NCBI RefSeq assembly: GCF_028641065.1
Contig: NC_073383.1
Coordinates: 13,764,001 to 13,828,000, forward strand
DNA: 64,000 bases
Reading direction: 5' to 3'
Source of the DNA: Leucoraja erinacea
Taxonomy: Eukaryota
Shown here: in pieces, positions 12,535 to 23,999 of the stretch
Position numbering within the stretch: the first letter of the stretch is position 1
Layout of the letters: each line of letters begins with the position of its first letter
Notes under the pieces: model-generated
Seen by the model: only the letters and a program-made list of their open reading frames with translations
What the model was told of the DNA's origin: nothing
Databases searched by the model: none
Translations under genes and position numbers: made by a program

Positions 12535-12704
12535 CTCTCCTTGCCAAATAGGGTTTGTTGTGTTTGCCACTATTGACGACCGCTTCTCTTGTCCGTGATG
12601 AGCAAAAGTGGGGAAAGTGCTCTTTTTCCCACGCTGAATGGCCATTTTTAGATATGGATCTGGGTTGAAAAACATTCCTTTCTTGAGTCCTACGGCTCGG
12701 ATAT
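12535..12704 (-). CDS. HECW2: HECW2 C2-domain exon, 170 bp ([57 protein letters not shown])
   Basis: Acceptor ccaaacag|AT, donor GAG|gtaaa, phase 1-0. Overlaps ORF 12481..12675. [15 protein letters not shown] is diagnostic. Confidence 0.97.
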
Positions 12705-12797
12705 CTGTTTGGAAAATTGAGAGTCAGTGTCAGATCACAGTAATAACATTTGACCCAGCAGTAGTCGCAGGGCATTGGGGCCTGTAACACTTCTTTA

Positions 12798-13095
12798 GAG
12801 GGATACACCATGGAAACAGGCCCTTCAGCCCACTGAATCCTCGCTGACCATCGATGACCCGTATGCTAGTTCTATACTATCCACTTTCACACCCTGCACA
12901 CTCGGAGCAACTTACAGAAGCCAATTAACACACAAACCCGCATGTCTTTGGAATGTGGGAGGAAACCGGTGCGCCTGGAGTAAACCCACGCAGTCATAGA
13001 GAGAACGTACAAACTCCGCACAGACAACATCCATAGTCATAATTAAACCCAGGTCTCTGGCGCTGTGACGCAGCAACTCTACCGCTGTGCTGCCC
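12798..13095 (-). mobile_element. HE1-like V-SINE
   Basis: Reverse complement of the SINE family at 2496 and 8722; about 95 nt from the acceptor at 12705. Confidence 0.85.
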
Positions 13096-13855
13096 TCTGG
13101 GAAGGATAAAGTCTGCAATAGTACTTGATAAGAAAAATAAATCTTTATTTATGTAACTTATAAACCAATGCTAGATGTATACTGGACCAATAGGTTGCTG
13201 TGAATGAAAAAGCAGAATGAATTGTTACATCTTTTGTTTGGTCGGCGGACAAAGTGTAGGGCCGAGATGGCTGCTGTTTCCGTGCTCCTCGGTAATTGTT
13301 CAGCGCCGGATGTTGGAAGATCTAGCATATATCTTCAAACATTCATAGTCATATAGAAAGTCTCTACATTACGCTTTTACTTTTCCATGTTTCTCGCAAA
13401 GTGACATTAAGAAAAATAAATCTCCAGTAACTTATAAACCAATGCTAGATGTATACTGGACCAATAGGTTGCTGTGAATGAAAAAGCAGAATGAATTGTT
13501 ACATCTTCAATTCATTTACATATAGAAAGACTACATTACTTTTATTTTCCATTTTCTCGCAGGTGACATTTTTCCAACTCCAGAAGGCCGATGTATTAAT
13601 TCATCACCATGGGCTTGTCAACATGCAGCTCCCAGTCAATTTGTTTGCTAATTTATGTTCACATTTTAAAAGCTTGATCGTGAACGCAGATCGAAAAAAG
13701 TAAGTAAAGTCTTCACTGCAGATTCATGTATGGATTGCAAGGAGCAACACTTGTCAATGCAAGGTTCACCAAGGTTAGCGATTAAAAATGTTACAATTGT
13801 ATTTCTGGGGCCAACTGGTGTGCAGCACAACACTCGTCACACTTGCAAATGTGGG

Positions 13856-13988
13856 NNNNNNNNNNNNNNNNNNNNNNNNNNNNNNNNNNNNNNNNNNNNN
13901 NNNNNNNNNNNNNNNNNNNNNNNNNNNNNNNNNNNNNNNNNNNNNNNNNNNNNNNNNNNNNNNNNNNNNNNNNNNNNNNNNNNNNNNN
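13856..13988. other. Assembly gap (N run)
   Basis: Run of n. Confidence 0.99.
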
Positions 13989-14034
13989 ATTCAACACCCA
14001 AGACCTTTGATAGTTGTGTTTCCATATTAAAGAG

Positions 14035-14352
14035 TTCATGAGTTCAAGAGAGTTTATTGCCATGTGTCCAAGATAGGACAATGACATTCTTGCTTTGCTT
14101 CAGCACACCAGAACATAGTAGGCACGAATACGAAACAGATCAGTGTGTCCATATACCATTGTATAAATATATACTCACATGAATAAATAAACTGATAAAG
14201 TGAAAATAAACAGATAATGGGCTATTAATGTTCAGTGTTTTGTCCGAGCCAGGTTTAATAGCCTGATGGCTGTGGGGAAGTAGATATTCCTGAACCTGGT
14301 TGTTGCAGTCTTCAGGCTCCTGTACCTTCTACCTGAAGGTAGCAGGGAGATT
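14035..14352 (-). mobile_element. Rex1/Babar LINE 3' end
   Basis: Reverse complement of the 3' end of the 28.6-30.2 kb element (ccttcaggtagaaggtacaggagcctgaagactgcaacaaccaggttcagg...gacacatggcaataaactc). Confidence 0.85.
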
Positions 14353-14584
14353 TAAATTTCTGGTCTGTTGTTGCTACGTACCATTTTCAGTGCTTGTTCC
14401 GATATCTCTTTTTTGATCATTTGACCACATGGCCTTTTAGACTTTATCTTTCGTGCATTACATTGTTGCCTTCGTACACGTTTGACATGGTAATTCATTT
14501 TCCACTTAATCCCTTCAGCAAACTCTTGGTTTCAACTGTTTTTACACTTGCTGCATTTAAAACAGACAGTTTGTGTGATCCTTA

Positions 14585-14810
14585 TGACCCTGTCCCACTT
14601 AGGAAACCTGAACGGAAACCTCTGGAGACTTTGCGCCCCACCCAAGGTTTCCATGCGATTCCCGGAGGTTATTGTCAGTCTCCCTACCTGCTTCCACTAC
14701 CTGCAACCTCCGGCAACCACCTGCAACCTCCGGGAACCGCACGGAAACCTTGGGTGGGGCACAAAGTCTCCAGAGGTTTCCGTTCAGGTTTCCTAAGTGG
14801 GACAGGAGCA
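14585..14810. mobile_element. 226-bp palindromic MITE, PIF/Harbinger-like
   Basis: About 85-bp near-perfect TIRs (tgaccctgtcccacttaggaaacc.../...ggtttcctaagtgggacaggagca), flanked by TTA/TGA. Second copy at 61031-61256. Confidence 0.9.
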
Positions 14811-15044
14811 TGAGTCAGGATCACAAAACTGCTTATAACTGTTAGGTACATCTGAATAGAGTCACCATTGTAATGCACCAAAGATAGAAATGAGAATAGA
14901 GATCACACAAGGTTATTTATCACTCAACCATTGAGGAATCATGTACTGGTTCGGAGACAAGTATAGATCCATCCCTTCTCCTGGGTTTGCATTTACATAC
15001 CCACGTCACTCTCCAGGACAGTAGGGAGAAATCTCTCCCCAATG

Positions 15045-15290
15045 ATAGGCACCAAAGAGTAAGTCAGTGGGTCAGAGAGCATCTCTAGAGAATAGGAACA
15101 GGTGACGTTTCAAGTCGAAACCCTTCTTCAGACTGAGAATCAGAGGAAAGAGAGCCCCTGACTCCCCGTCTGAAGCAGGGTCTCGACCTGAAATGTCACC
15201 CATTCCTTTTCTCCAGAGATGCTGTCTGGCCCGCTGAGTTACCCCTACTTATTGTGCCTATCTTCGGTTTAAACCAGCTTCCTATGCAAT
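15045..15290. mobile_element. Fold-back PLE derivative with two opposed hammerhead-like motifs
   Basis: Minus-strand motif at 15104-15131 and plus-strand degenerate motif at 15170-15197 inside inverted terminal blocks. Confidence 0.75.
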
Positions 15291-17014
15291 CTCTCTCCAT
15301 TCCTGCTTTGTAAGAGAGGCTGTTTTAATGCCTCTGAGCCAGTGATCAACCCATCTAATTACGCAAATGTCTCATGTCATAGAAACATTTCTGCAACCAG
15401 AAGCTGCCAAGCCTCTATCAATAGCCTATCCTGGTCAGCCAGGAGCAATCCAAACATGCACCTTAAATGAAGGCTTTACTGACAATGTGGAGGCACATTC
15501 ATGACTTTCCTGCTGGATGAACGGTTGCAGATCTTAACTGTGTACATAATGTCCAGTAGAACAATCCCTTTGCCCAACAGGCTTGTGCTCAATCTCTGTC
15601 AAGTCACTGGTCCCCTCATCTCAACTAACCTTAAACTACACGCTCACTAACTCCACCTTTAACATGGTGCAGACGTGCTGGAATCTGTAAAGTGAAGCAC
15701 AGGATTTTGGTTCTTCCTTCTTAAGCCCACTTACCGTTAATCTACTGCTCTCCCATTCCTACTCCAACGGAACAAATATTAGAAAGGAAGAACTTAATAT
15801 GCCCTTAAACAGCGTATGCACGGGATGATAGACACAAAATGCTGGAATAACTCAGCGGGACAGGCAGCATCTTTGGAGAGAAGGAATGGGTGAAGTTTCG
15901 AGGTTGAGATCTTTCCTCAGACTGGGGATGGGTGGCGTTTCGGGTTGAGACCCTTCTTTAGACTGAGCAGTTTCATGTATCTCCTTATGCTGAATTGGAA
16001 GAGGGACAAACAATCACAGCTAGTCTGCAAGGCTGCTGTTTCAGCTTGCCCTGTTCTTCCCTTCTCTGGCAAGGAAAACCAGTGAGGATTTTCCTAAATG
16101 CTTCTGGGCTCTAATCTGTGCAGATATATCCAACTGTTTCCTTGAGTTTTGCTGCAAGCAGAAAAGTCGCCTTGAGTGTAAGTTAAAAGACACCTTGCAC
16201 AGTGCCCAGCAAATGCCAGCTTCTCTCTCAGTAAATGACCATGCATCATTCAGTTAGCTTATGCTATAATGTTTCCACATGCTCATACAGGGAATATGCC
16301 AGCTCAGCAGGATTTGTAGTCAATGGCCATCCCCAGGTAAGGAATGGGTTTCCTCTTGGCGGGTACCCAGAAGTCACTTTTGATCAAAGGTTGGGGGAAG
16401 GAAAAGTAGTGCTGGAGAGATTCAGATTCAGATTCAATTTTAATTGTCATTGTTTGTACAGTACAGAGACAACGAAATGCATTTAGCATCTCCCTTGCAG
16501 AGCGACATAGCAAACGATTTGAATTAAAAAAATAATAAGTGTCCGGAGGGGGGGGGTGGTGATTGGCAGTCACCGAGGTACGTTGTTGAGTAGAGTGACA
16601 GCCGCCGGAAAGAAGCTGTTCCTCGACCTGGGTGCAATTAAGAGGGCAAGCAGGATGTTGAACTTCTATTTAAATGCATCAGCACTGCATTGCGATGCGA
16701 TATCCCAATGTCCACGGAATTCCCAACAGCAGTGGAGGTCTCGACCCTGCAATCTACATTAACAGTTAGCTTGTGTTATACTTATAGGTCATACTTGTCG
16801 CAACCATCTAGTGTGCAACCATTGTGCCTGGAAACATGATCACAGGGGCAACCTGCAAGTATTGTCTTTCTGCTGACTGGATCACAGGCAACAAAGGCGT
16901 TTCACTGCACCTCGATGTACGTGACAATAAACTAAACTGAAAATGACTGAACTAAGAATAAAGCACCAGAGACTACGACAGCCCCCCACACCTCTACTTC
17001 TTCCGACCAACCTA

Positions 17015-17980
17015 TTAGCCAATGATGAATCAGAATACAAGAGGGAGATTGTAAATCAGGTTGAATAGTTCCATGAGAATCTTGCTCTCAACGTTAGTAA
17101 GATCAAGGCGCTGTAGGTGACGTCATGAAGTGAAAAGCTAATGATCCATGAACCCACTTTGATCGGTGATGGAGAGAGACAACTGCTTCAAGCTCCTGGC
17201 TGTACTTATCTCTAAAGATCTTCCTGGTGCCAGCACATTGATGCAATCGCAAAGAAAGCTTGTCAACACTTCTACTTCCTTCGACGATTGTGGAGATTCG
17301 GTTTGAGAATGAGTACTCTATTGAAGTTGTACAGATGTAAGGTGGCGAGCAAACTGACTGGTTGCATCACAGCCTGGTTCACCAATTTAAACACTCAGGA
17401 ACAGAGGAGACTACAGAGTGGTTAGTCATTGCCCAGTCCAGCATGCGTACTGACCGCTCTACCATCAAAGGGATCGATCTACAGGATACACCACCTCAAA
17501 AAGGCAGTCCATATCATCAGAAACAGTATGTCAGCAGATATGGGGAGAAGGCATGAGAATGGGGTTAGGAGGGAGAGATAGATCAGCCATGATTGAATGG
17601 CGTAGACGAGGGGCCAAATGACTTAATTCTGCTCCTATCACTTAAGAACTACACTATCTCACTACTACCATCGGGAAGATAATACAGCAACCTGAAAACC
17701 ATGACCACAAGGTTAAAGAAAAGCTTCTTCCCAGCAACAATCTGATTTTTGACCACTACACAACAGTAACCTCAGCAAATATGATCTTCTATGGATTGTG
17801 TTGTTGGTTCCACAACAAACTTTGGTTCTACACTATTATGGTTACCTTGTATTACAGTTAGTAATTTATTGTATCATGTATTTATCTATCTGTTATTGTA
17901 TTTAGAGGCCTGTTATGCTGCAGCAAATACGAATTTGATAGTTTTTGTTGCCGATATACGTATGACACTTGAACACTCTT
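17015..17980 (+). mobile_element. Old Rex1/Babar LINE 3' portion with a nested CR1 tail (about 17535-17645)
   Basis: Decayed similarity to 29360-30190 (gaatacaagagggagatt, cttcaagctcctgg, aaagcttgtcaacacttctacttcct). Confidence 0.75.
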
Positions 17981-18851
17981 GTCTCTGGAAACAAAAAAAG
18001 CACTTGATATGCTTACCAATGTTTACCAAAATTGTCATAAATGGCATCAAATGCAGACATGAATGTTAAGAATAAACAATCACTAAAAATAACGAGAGCG
18101 AGGATAAGTTTTGTCGTTCAGAGGAACAAAAATATGTACGTACATATGTTGGACTTTTGAACTTAATAATGTTATAAGAGCTCATTGGTTAGTACGGGTG
18201 ACAATAAGTCAGGCCAACATAACCTGTAGGCAACCATTTCAAATTCAACGCAGTATTTGTGTACACAAAATGCATCACTAGAACCATAAAGGCTGCTTAA
18301 GAATTTCAGAGATAAGAAGAGGAGGTGGAGACAAAGGGAAAAGAAAAGGAGATTAAATCATTGGACATTTTGTGACATGGATTCTGGACAATTCCACATG
18401 TTCCGCAAATAGTTCAGAACATGTTCAAGTCCAAACAGCACCCAATCCATCAAGCATGTTATTTTGCTGTTCTTAAGAGTAGATATCCTAGAGTTCCAAA
18501 TCAAATGGCAGGATATCTGCTTCTTCAACCATGAGATACATCATTGTAGTTCCAACAGATAGTCCTTTAAGGATGCCTCCAGGGCCAAAGGAAATGCACC
18601 ACTTCTGGAGAAGGTGTGTGTTTAAATGATTTTCAAGATTTGGGCTTCAAATGCAGCTTTGCTGTGTTGTACAGCAGTCCACACGAGGCAGTGCCAAAAA
18701 CTATCATGCCAGGATCGTAAAACTGGCTTCATATTTCATCCAACTGCAACTTTGTTCCAGAAATGTTATGACACATCGCGGGCCATGTTTTTAGTAAAAT
18801 ATTCTTTGGGTGAAGCAATGTTGAAACATTTTAGGCCACTAAATCTTTTGT

Positions 18852-19128
18852 ATAGTTTGGAGATACAGTGTGGAAACAGGCCCTACGGCCCACCAAGTCC
18901 GTGGCGACCAGCGATCCTCATACACTAACACTATCCTACACACGAGGGACAATTTACAATTTTTACCGATGCCAATCAACCTACAAACCTGTACGTCTTT
19001 GGAATGTGGGAGGAAACTGAAGCACCCGGTGAAAACCTAACGGGGAGAACATACAACCTCCGTACATGGTCAGGATCGAACCCGGGTTCCTGGCGCTGTA
19101 AGGGAGCAGCTCTACTGCTGCGCCACCG
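18852..19128 (-). mobile_element. HE1-like V-SINE
   Basis: Reverse complement of the SINE consensus. Confidence 0.85.
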
Positions 19129-19404
19129 TCCATGGGTGGGATGTGGATGAAGGACTGAACACTGGGATGCTAACTCCTAATTCCTTGCTTGTTATGTTTC
19201 ACGAGGACAGGAAATGGTCAAAATGAAGTACGGGCTGTTCCCCGGGAGGCTTGCTGACAAAAATATCCAGTGCTGCTGGAAGATCATCAACTCAATGAAA
19301 GCTGCATGTTGGTCTGCCCAAGGTTTGTTGATCTTCCAGTGCCATGAATTGTCTGGAAGGGAACACTTGCAATGGTGTATTCCTGGCTGCAGGATTACAC
19401 ACTG

Positions 19405-19845
19405 AGCGTTTGACGGCACTAGGCCTGTACTCGCTGGAGTTTAGAAGAACGAGGGGGGACCTCATTGAAACATACCGAATAGTGAAAGGCTTGGATAGAG
19501 AGGATGTGGAGAGGATGTTTCCAGTAGTGGGACAATCCCGTACTAGAAGTATAGCCTCAGAACTAAAGGACGTTTTTTTAGGAAGGAGATGAGGAGGAAT
19601 TTCTTTAGTCAGTGGATGGTGAATCTGTGGAATTCTTTGCCACAGAAGGTTGTGGAGGCCAAGTTAGTGGATATATTTAAGGCAGAGATAGATATATTTG
19701 TGAGTCATACCAGGTGTCAGAGGTTATGGGGAGAAGGCAGGAGAATGGGGTTAGGAGGGAGAGATAGACCAGCCATGAGTTAATGGCTGTAGACTTGATG
19801 GGCTGAATGGCCTTATTCTGCTCCTATCACTTATGATCTTATGAT
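19405..19845 (+). mobile_element. CR1/HER1 LINE 3' fragment
   Basis: Encodes LGLYSLEFRRTRGDLIETYRIVKGLD and RRNFFSQWMVNLWNSLP, the CR1 ORF2 C-terminus. Confidence 0.9.
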
Positions 19846-20091
19846 GCACTGAACTTTGGTGCAGCAACTATACAAGTTTGGTGGAGAACGACCACTCTAA
19901 GACCCTGCTGCCACTGAACACTGAGGGCCTGAGTCCTTTGAAATGGCCTCTCAAGCATTCGAGTGGCATTGGTGTTTGTAAGAGAACGTTCTGGTTTAAT
20001 GACACTATAAATGTATTGATTTGGTCGATTTGTGCTGTATTCCCTGCTTATATTTTTATGAATTAATTTATTTTTGAAATTAAGAAAACAA

Positions 20092-21023
20092 TGCAGAGTA
20101 GCAGTAGAGTTGTTGCCTTACAGTGCTTACAGCGCCAGAGACCCGGGTTCGATCCCGACTACAGGTGCTGTCTGTACCGAGTTTGTACATTCTCCCCGTG
20201 ACCGTGTGGATTTTCGAGATCAGTTTCCTCGCACACTCCTAAGACGTGCAGGTTTGTAGGTTAATTGGCTTGGTAAGAATGCAAATTGGCCCTAGTGTGT
20301 GTAGATATATATATATTTTTTTTAATAATATTTTTATTAGAAGTAGACATATTATAAAGTATAGTTACATATTATAGTAAAAACCTTTCATACACATCAG
20401 TCATACATTATTAAAATTTTCAATTGTCGATTACTTCTGCTTCTAGTGATTTTTTTTAATATAGAAATAGAGAGAGAGAGAGAATAAAGAGTTACAAATA
20501 TCAAAAAAACAAAAAAGGTGGAATGGATTACTTATAATACGTCATTGGAGATAGGTTCGTAGATTATAAAGTATGACTTTTCATCTAATCCTGAGTTCAA
20601 GTTTCAGTTGGGTTTTTGTGCCGGTCCAATCTGTCCCATCAGATAATTAATGAATGGAGCCCATATTTTATCAAAAAGTTCTTGTTTGTCCATTAAGACA
20701 AGTCTAATTCTTTCTAGATATAGGGTCTCCGACATTTCCACAATCCACATTTTAATTGTGGGGGTCGTAGGGCCTTTCCAAAATTTTAATATTCATTTTT
20801 TCCCGGTTATTATACTGTAGTCGAGGACATTTCTTTGGCTTGTTGTGAGTGTTAAACTTTGCTCTGATATTCCAAGTATTATTAATTTTGAGTTTGGATC
20901 CAGTTTTGTATTAATAACTTCTGAAATTAGTGTGTAGATAGTTTTAATGTGCGGGAATGTAATTGTAATTCGTTGGTGGGCCGAAGGGCCTGTTTCTGCG
21001 CTGCATCTCTAGACTAAACTAAA
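20092..21023 (+). mobile_element. HE1-like V-SINE split by an L1 insertion
   Basis: SINE 20092-20307 resumes at 20929; gtgtgtagata is duplicated on either side of the insert. Confidence 0.85.
20308..20928 (-). mobile_element. L1-clade LINE 3' end (ORF2 C-terminus, 3' UTR and A-rich tail)
   Basis: Hand translation gives ...GKK*ILKFWKGPTTPTIKMWIVEMSETLYLERIRLVLMDKQELFDKIWAPFINYL, typical of fish-type L1; 11-bp TSD. Confidence 0.85.
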
Positions 21024-21466
21024 GTAACTCAAGAAGGGTCTCGACCCGAAATGTCATCCATTCCTTCTCTCCAGAGATACTGCCTGACCCGCTGAGTTAC
21101 TCAGGCATTTTGTGTCTACCTTAACCTAACTCAATGGTTGTTGCAACTGCTGCATCTTCTGCAACAGCTACAGTGTCAGGGAAAAGGTGACAAAAAATGA
21201 TTTGATTAAGAATTTGATATATCCATCCAGGGCTTCTTTTTCCACAACAGTGGAAACGTATATATTATATTTAAACCGCTAATACTGTATTCAGTGCATG
21301 TGCGTGTGCATTTACTTTGCACGTGCGAAAAGGGAAAAGCTGACTAGTGTAAAAAAATGATAGTTGCTGTGCAATGCATGTAAATATTTCTAGTCTATAC
21401 TATTACCAGTTAAATGATCTTAATTAACAAATAGCAATTGTGCCTTACAAAAGGGCTGCATCTTAC

Positions 21467-21542
21467 CTGATAATGTGAATCTGACAAGTTTTCGATTGTT
21501 CTCACCATTCAATCCACCTTCCCCCAATTCATCTGCTCCGGC
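21467..21542 (-). CDS. HECW2: HECW2 internal coding exon, 76 bp (AGADELGEGGLNGENNRKLVRFTLS)
   Basis: Acceptor ttttttacag|GCC, donor CAG|gtaag, phase 0-1. RKLVxFTLS marks the start of the C2 domain. Confidence 0.93.
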
Positions 21543-21758
21543 CTGTAAAAAAATAATCCAGCAATATAATTTAACCTATGTTAAAAACAACTATTAACAG
21601 ATCCACTAGTTGGCATTCAGTGCATGGTTTCACCTGCATTGGCAATAGAAAGTATATATTCAATTAAATACAACTCTATCATGTAACTCTCATTAGATTT
21701 ACTCAAATCATGTTGGCTGATTTTGTGAGCAACAGAATGGAGACCTTTGCAATTTCAA

Positions 21759-21771
21759 CCACTAGATGGCA
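21759..21771 (+). promoter_or_regulatory. CTCF-like core motif CCACTAGATGGCA
   Basis: Matches the CCASYAGRKGGC consensus; a weaker copy CCACTAGTTGGCA lies at 21603-21615. Motif only. Confidence 0.5.
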
Positions 21772-21907
21772 CAAGGAGAGGCCATTAATTTGAAAGGCGT
21801 TTTGTTTTCATTTTGATGTTACAAACTTATGCCTAATTACTCTATTAACAGCCACCAATAATCTAAATAAAGCTTTGCAAATGATTCATAGTCAGATTCA
21901 TGTGATC

Positions 21908-22732
21908 TGTGGTAGTCTGGCGCGCTGACCTCGACCGGGCTGTGGCCAGGCGATAACTCTCAGACACCTCGTCCTACTTATCCTTAGACCATGACCCCAC
22001 AGACGAGCACCAGACCTTAATATGACACGCAATTTCTGATTTTATTACTTTCGGCTCTCTGCCCTCTAAAGCCTCCAAACTTATCGTTCCCCAGCCCCGC
22101 ACGGCCCGATTTTATCTTCTCCCCAAAATCCACAAACAGAACTGTCCTGGCAGACCCATTGTTTCTGCTTGTTCATGTCCCACTGAATTAATTTCCACAT
22201 ACCTCGACTCCATCTTATGCCCCCCTGGTCCAATCCCTCCCTACCTATGTCCAAGACACCTCACACACTCTTCGTTCTTCAATGACTTCCATTTTCCAGG
22301 CCCCCACTCCCTCATCTTTACCATGGACGTGCAGTCACTCTATAACTCCACCCCCCACCAGGAAGGTATTAAAGCCCTCCGTTTCTTCCTCGACCGCAGA
22401 ATCAGCCAATTTCCATCTACGAATACTCTTCTCCACCGAGCAGAGCTGTTCCTTACCCTCGACAACTTCTCCTTTGACTCCTCCCACTTCCTCCAAATCC
22501 ACGGCAGAGCTATGGGCACTCGCATGGGCCCCAGCTATCCCTGCCTCTTTGTAGGGTACGTCGAACAATCACTGTTCCAGGTGTACACTGGCCCTATCCC
22601 CAAACTCTACCTCCGCTACATTGACAACTGCATCGGTGCTGCCTCTTGCACCCATGCAGAACTCACTGACGTCATCAACTTCATGACTAATTTCCATCCG
22701 GCACTTAAATTCACATGGATCATCTCCGATAT
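21908..22732 (+). mobile_element. Penelope-like element, internal reverse transcriptase fragment
   Basis: FYLLPKIHKQNCPGRPIVS, then MDVQSLYNS, GRAMGTRMGPSY and YLRYIDN (ORF 22323..22874): PLE RT motifs with YIDD decayed to YIDN. Confidence 0.92.
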
Positions 22733-23214
22733 CGTGCCGTGTCGCCCTGCAGCTTGTCAGTCCAGGCTTATCAACTTGGTCTCAATGCCTGCAAGCACGA
22801 ACTGCTTAATTCGCCAAGGATTCAACAATGGAATTGTATATGGTGCAAATATCAGTGAATATCACTGTTTCTAACCTTACGACAGAACAAAGATCCTTAA
22901 AGAATTAGCTGAAATGTGGCAGGTAAGAGGGTCCTTTACCTTGGTGCCCTGAGTCATAGATATTCTCATGTTTATCTGGATGTGTTATTTGTAAGTCCTT
23001 TGTCGAATCAATGCAGTTATAATGATAACTGGTTCATTTCTGCCAGATGTAAGCTCTCCCAGAGTTGTTGAACGAGCTGTAGGTTGTACAAGCTGGAAAT
23101 CACAGGGACACACACGGAGCAAATGATGGTGAAAGCGGGTGGCCTCACCCAGGTCAGCAGCTAGAGAGTGATGCCAGGGGAGGTGGGTGGAGAAGGAAAG
23201 CAAGAGGGGAAGTG

Positions 23215-23785
23215 GCGTAGAGTCATAGAATGATACAGTGTGGAAACAGGCCCTTCAGCCCAATGCCCACACCGGCCAACAGGTCCCAGCTACACTAGTC
23301 CCACTGGCCTGTGCTTGGTCCATATCCCTCCAAACTTGTCCTATCCATGTACCTGTCTAACTGTTTATTAAATGTTGGGATAGTCCCAACCTCCTGCACC
23401 TATTTTCTATGTTTCTATATTGGGGACGATCAGCCATGATCACAACGAATGGCGGTGCTGGCTCGAAGGGCCGAATGGCCTCCTCCTGCACCTATTTTCT
23501 ATGTTTCTATATTGGGGACGATCAGCCATGATCACAACGAATGGCGGTGCTGGCTCGAAGGGCCGAATGGCCTCCTCCTGCACCTATTTTCTATGTTTCT
23601 ATGTTTCAACTACCTCCTCTGGCAGCTTGTTCCATACACCCACCACCCTTTGTGTGAAAAAGTTACCCCTCAGATTCCTATTAAATCTTTTCCCCTCCAC
23701 CTTGAACCTATGTCCTCTGGTCCTCGATTCCCCTACGCTGGGCATGAGACTCTGTGCATCTACCTATCTATTCCTCTGATGATTT
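23215..23785 (-). mobile_element. CR1 LINE 3' fragment interrupted by an oppositely oriented tandem CR1 tail
   Basis: Host ...gtcccaacctc|aactacctcctctggcagc... is split by 23390-23607. Confidence 0.8.
23390..23607 (+). repeat. 92-bp tandem repeat (about 2.3 identical copies) of the CR1/HER1 3' end
   Basis: ttggggacgatcagccatg at 23420 and 23512; the copies appear identical. Confidence 0.9.
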
Positions 23786-23934
23786 TGGCAGAGATTAGAG
23801 GGAAAGTGAAAAGAGGGAAGAATGACTGATAGACGGCCGGGAAACAAAGGTAGGGCCGTCAGAGGCAGGGCTTAGGGCTTGGAAGTGAGCAGTGGAACTC
23901 TGTAGTTCATTGGAAATCAAATGATTGGGCATTA

Positions 23935-23999
23935 TGTGTAGGAAGGAACTGCAGATGATGGTTTACACCAAAGATAGACGCAAAATGCTGGAGTAACTC
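23935..23999 (-). mobile_element. 65-bp PLE terminal insertion with 11-bp TSD
   Basis: attgggcatta at 23924-23934 and 24000-24010. Confidence 0.8.

Noticed and set aside
13127-13570. About 105-bp duplication plus an indel-rich permuted copy (13327-13408 vs 13500-13570)
   Set aside because: The noisy indel pattern near an N gap looks like unpolished long-read gap filling; probably an assembly artefact.
14394-14881. Similar ORFs on both strands, repeated at 60959-61320
   Set aside because: A consequence of the palindromic MITE, not genes.
15729-15740. Consensus donor ACG|gtaagt on the minus strand
   Set aside because: No convincing acceptor or coding frame upstream; such sites are expected by chance.
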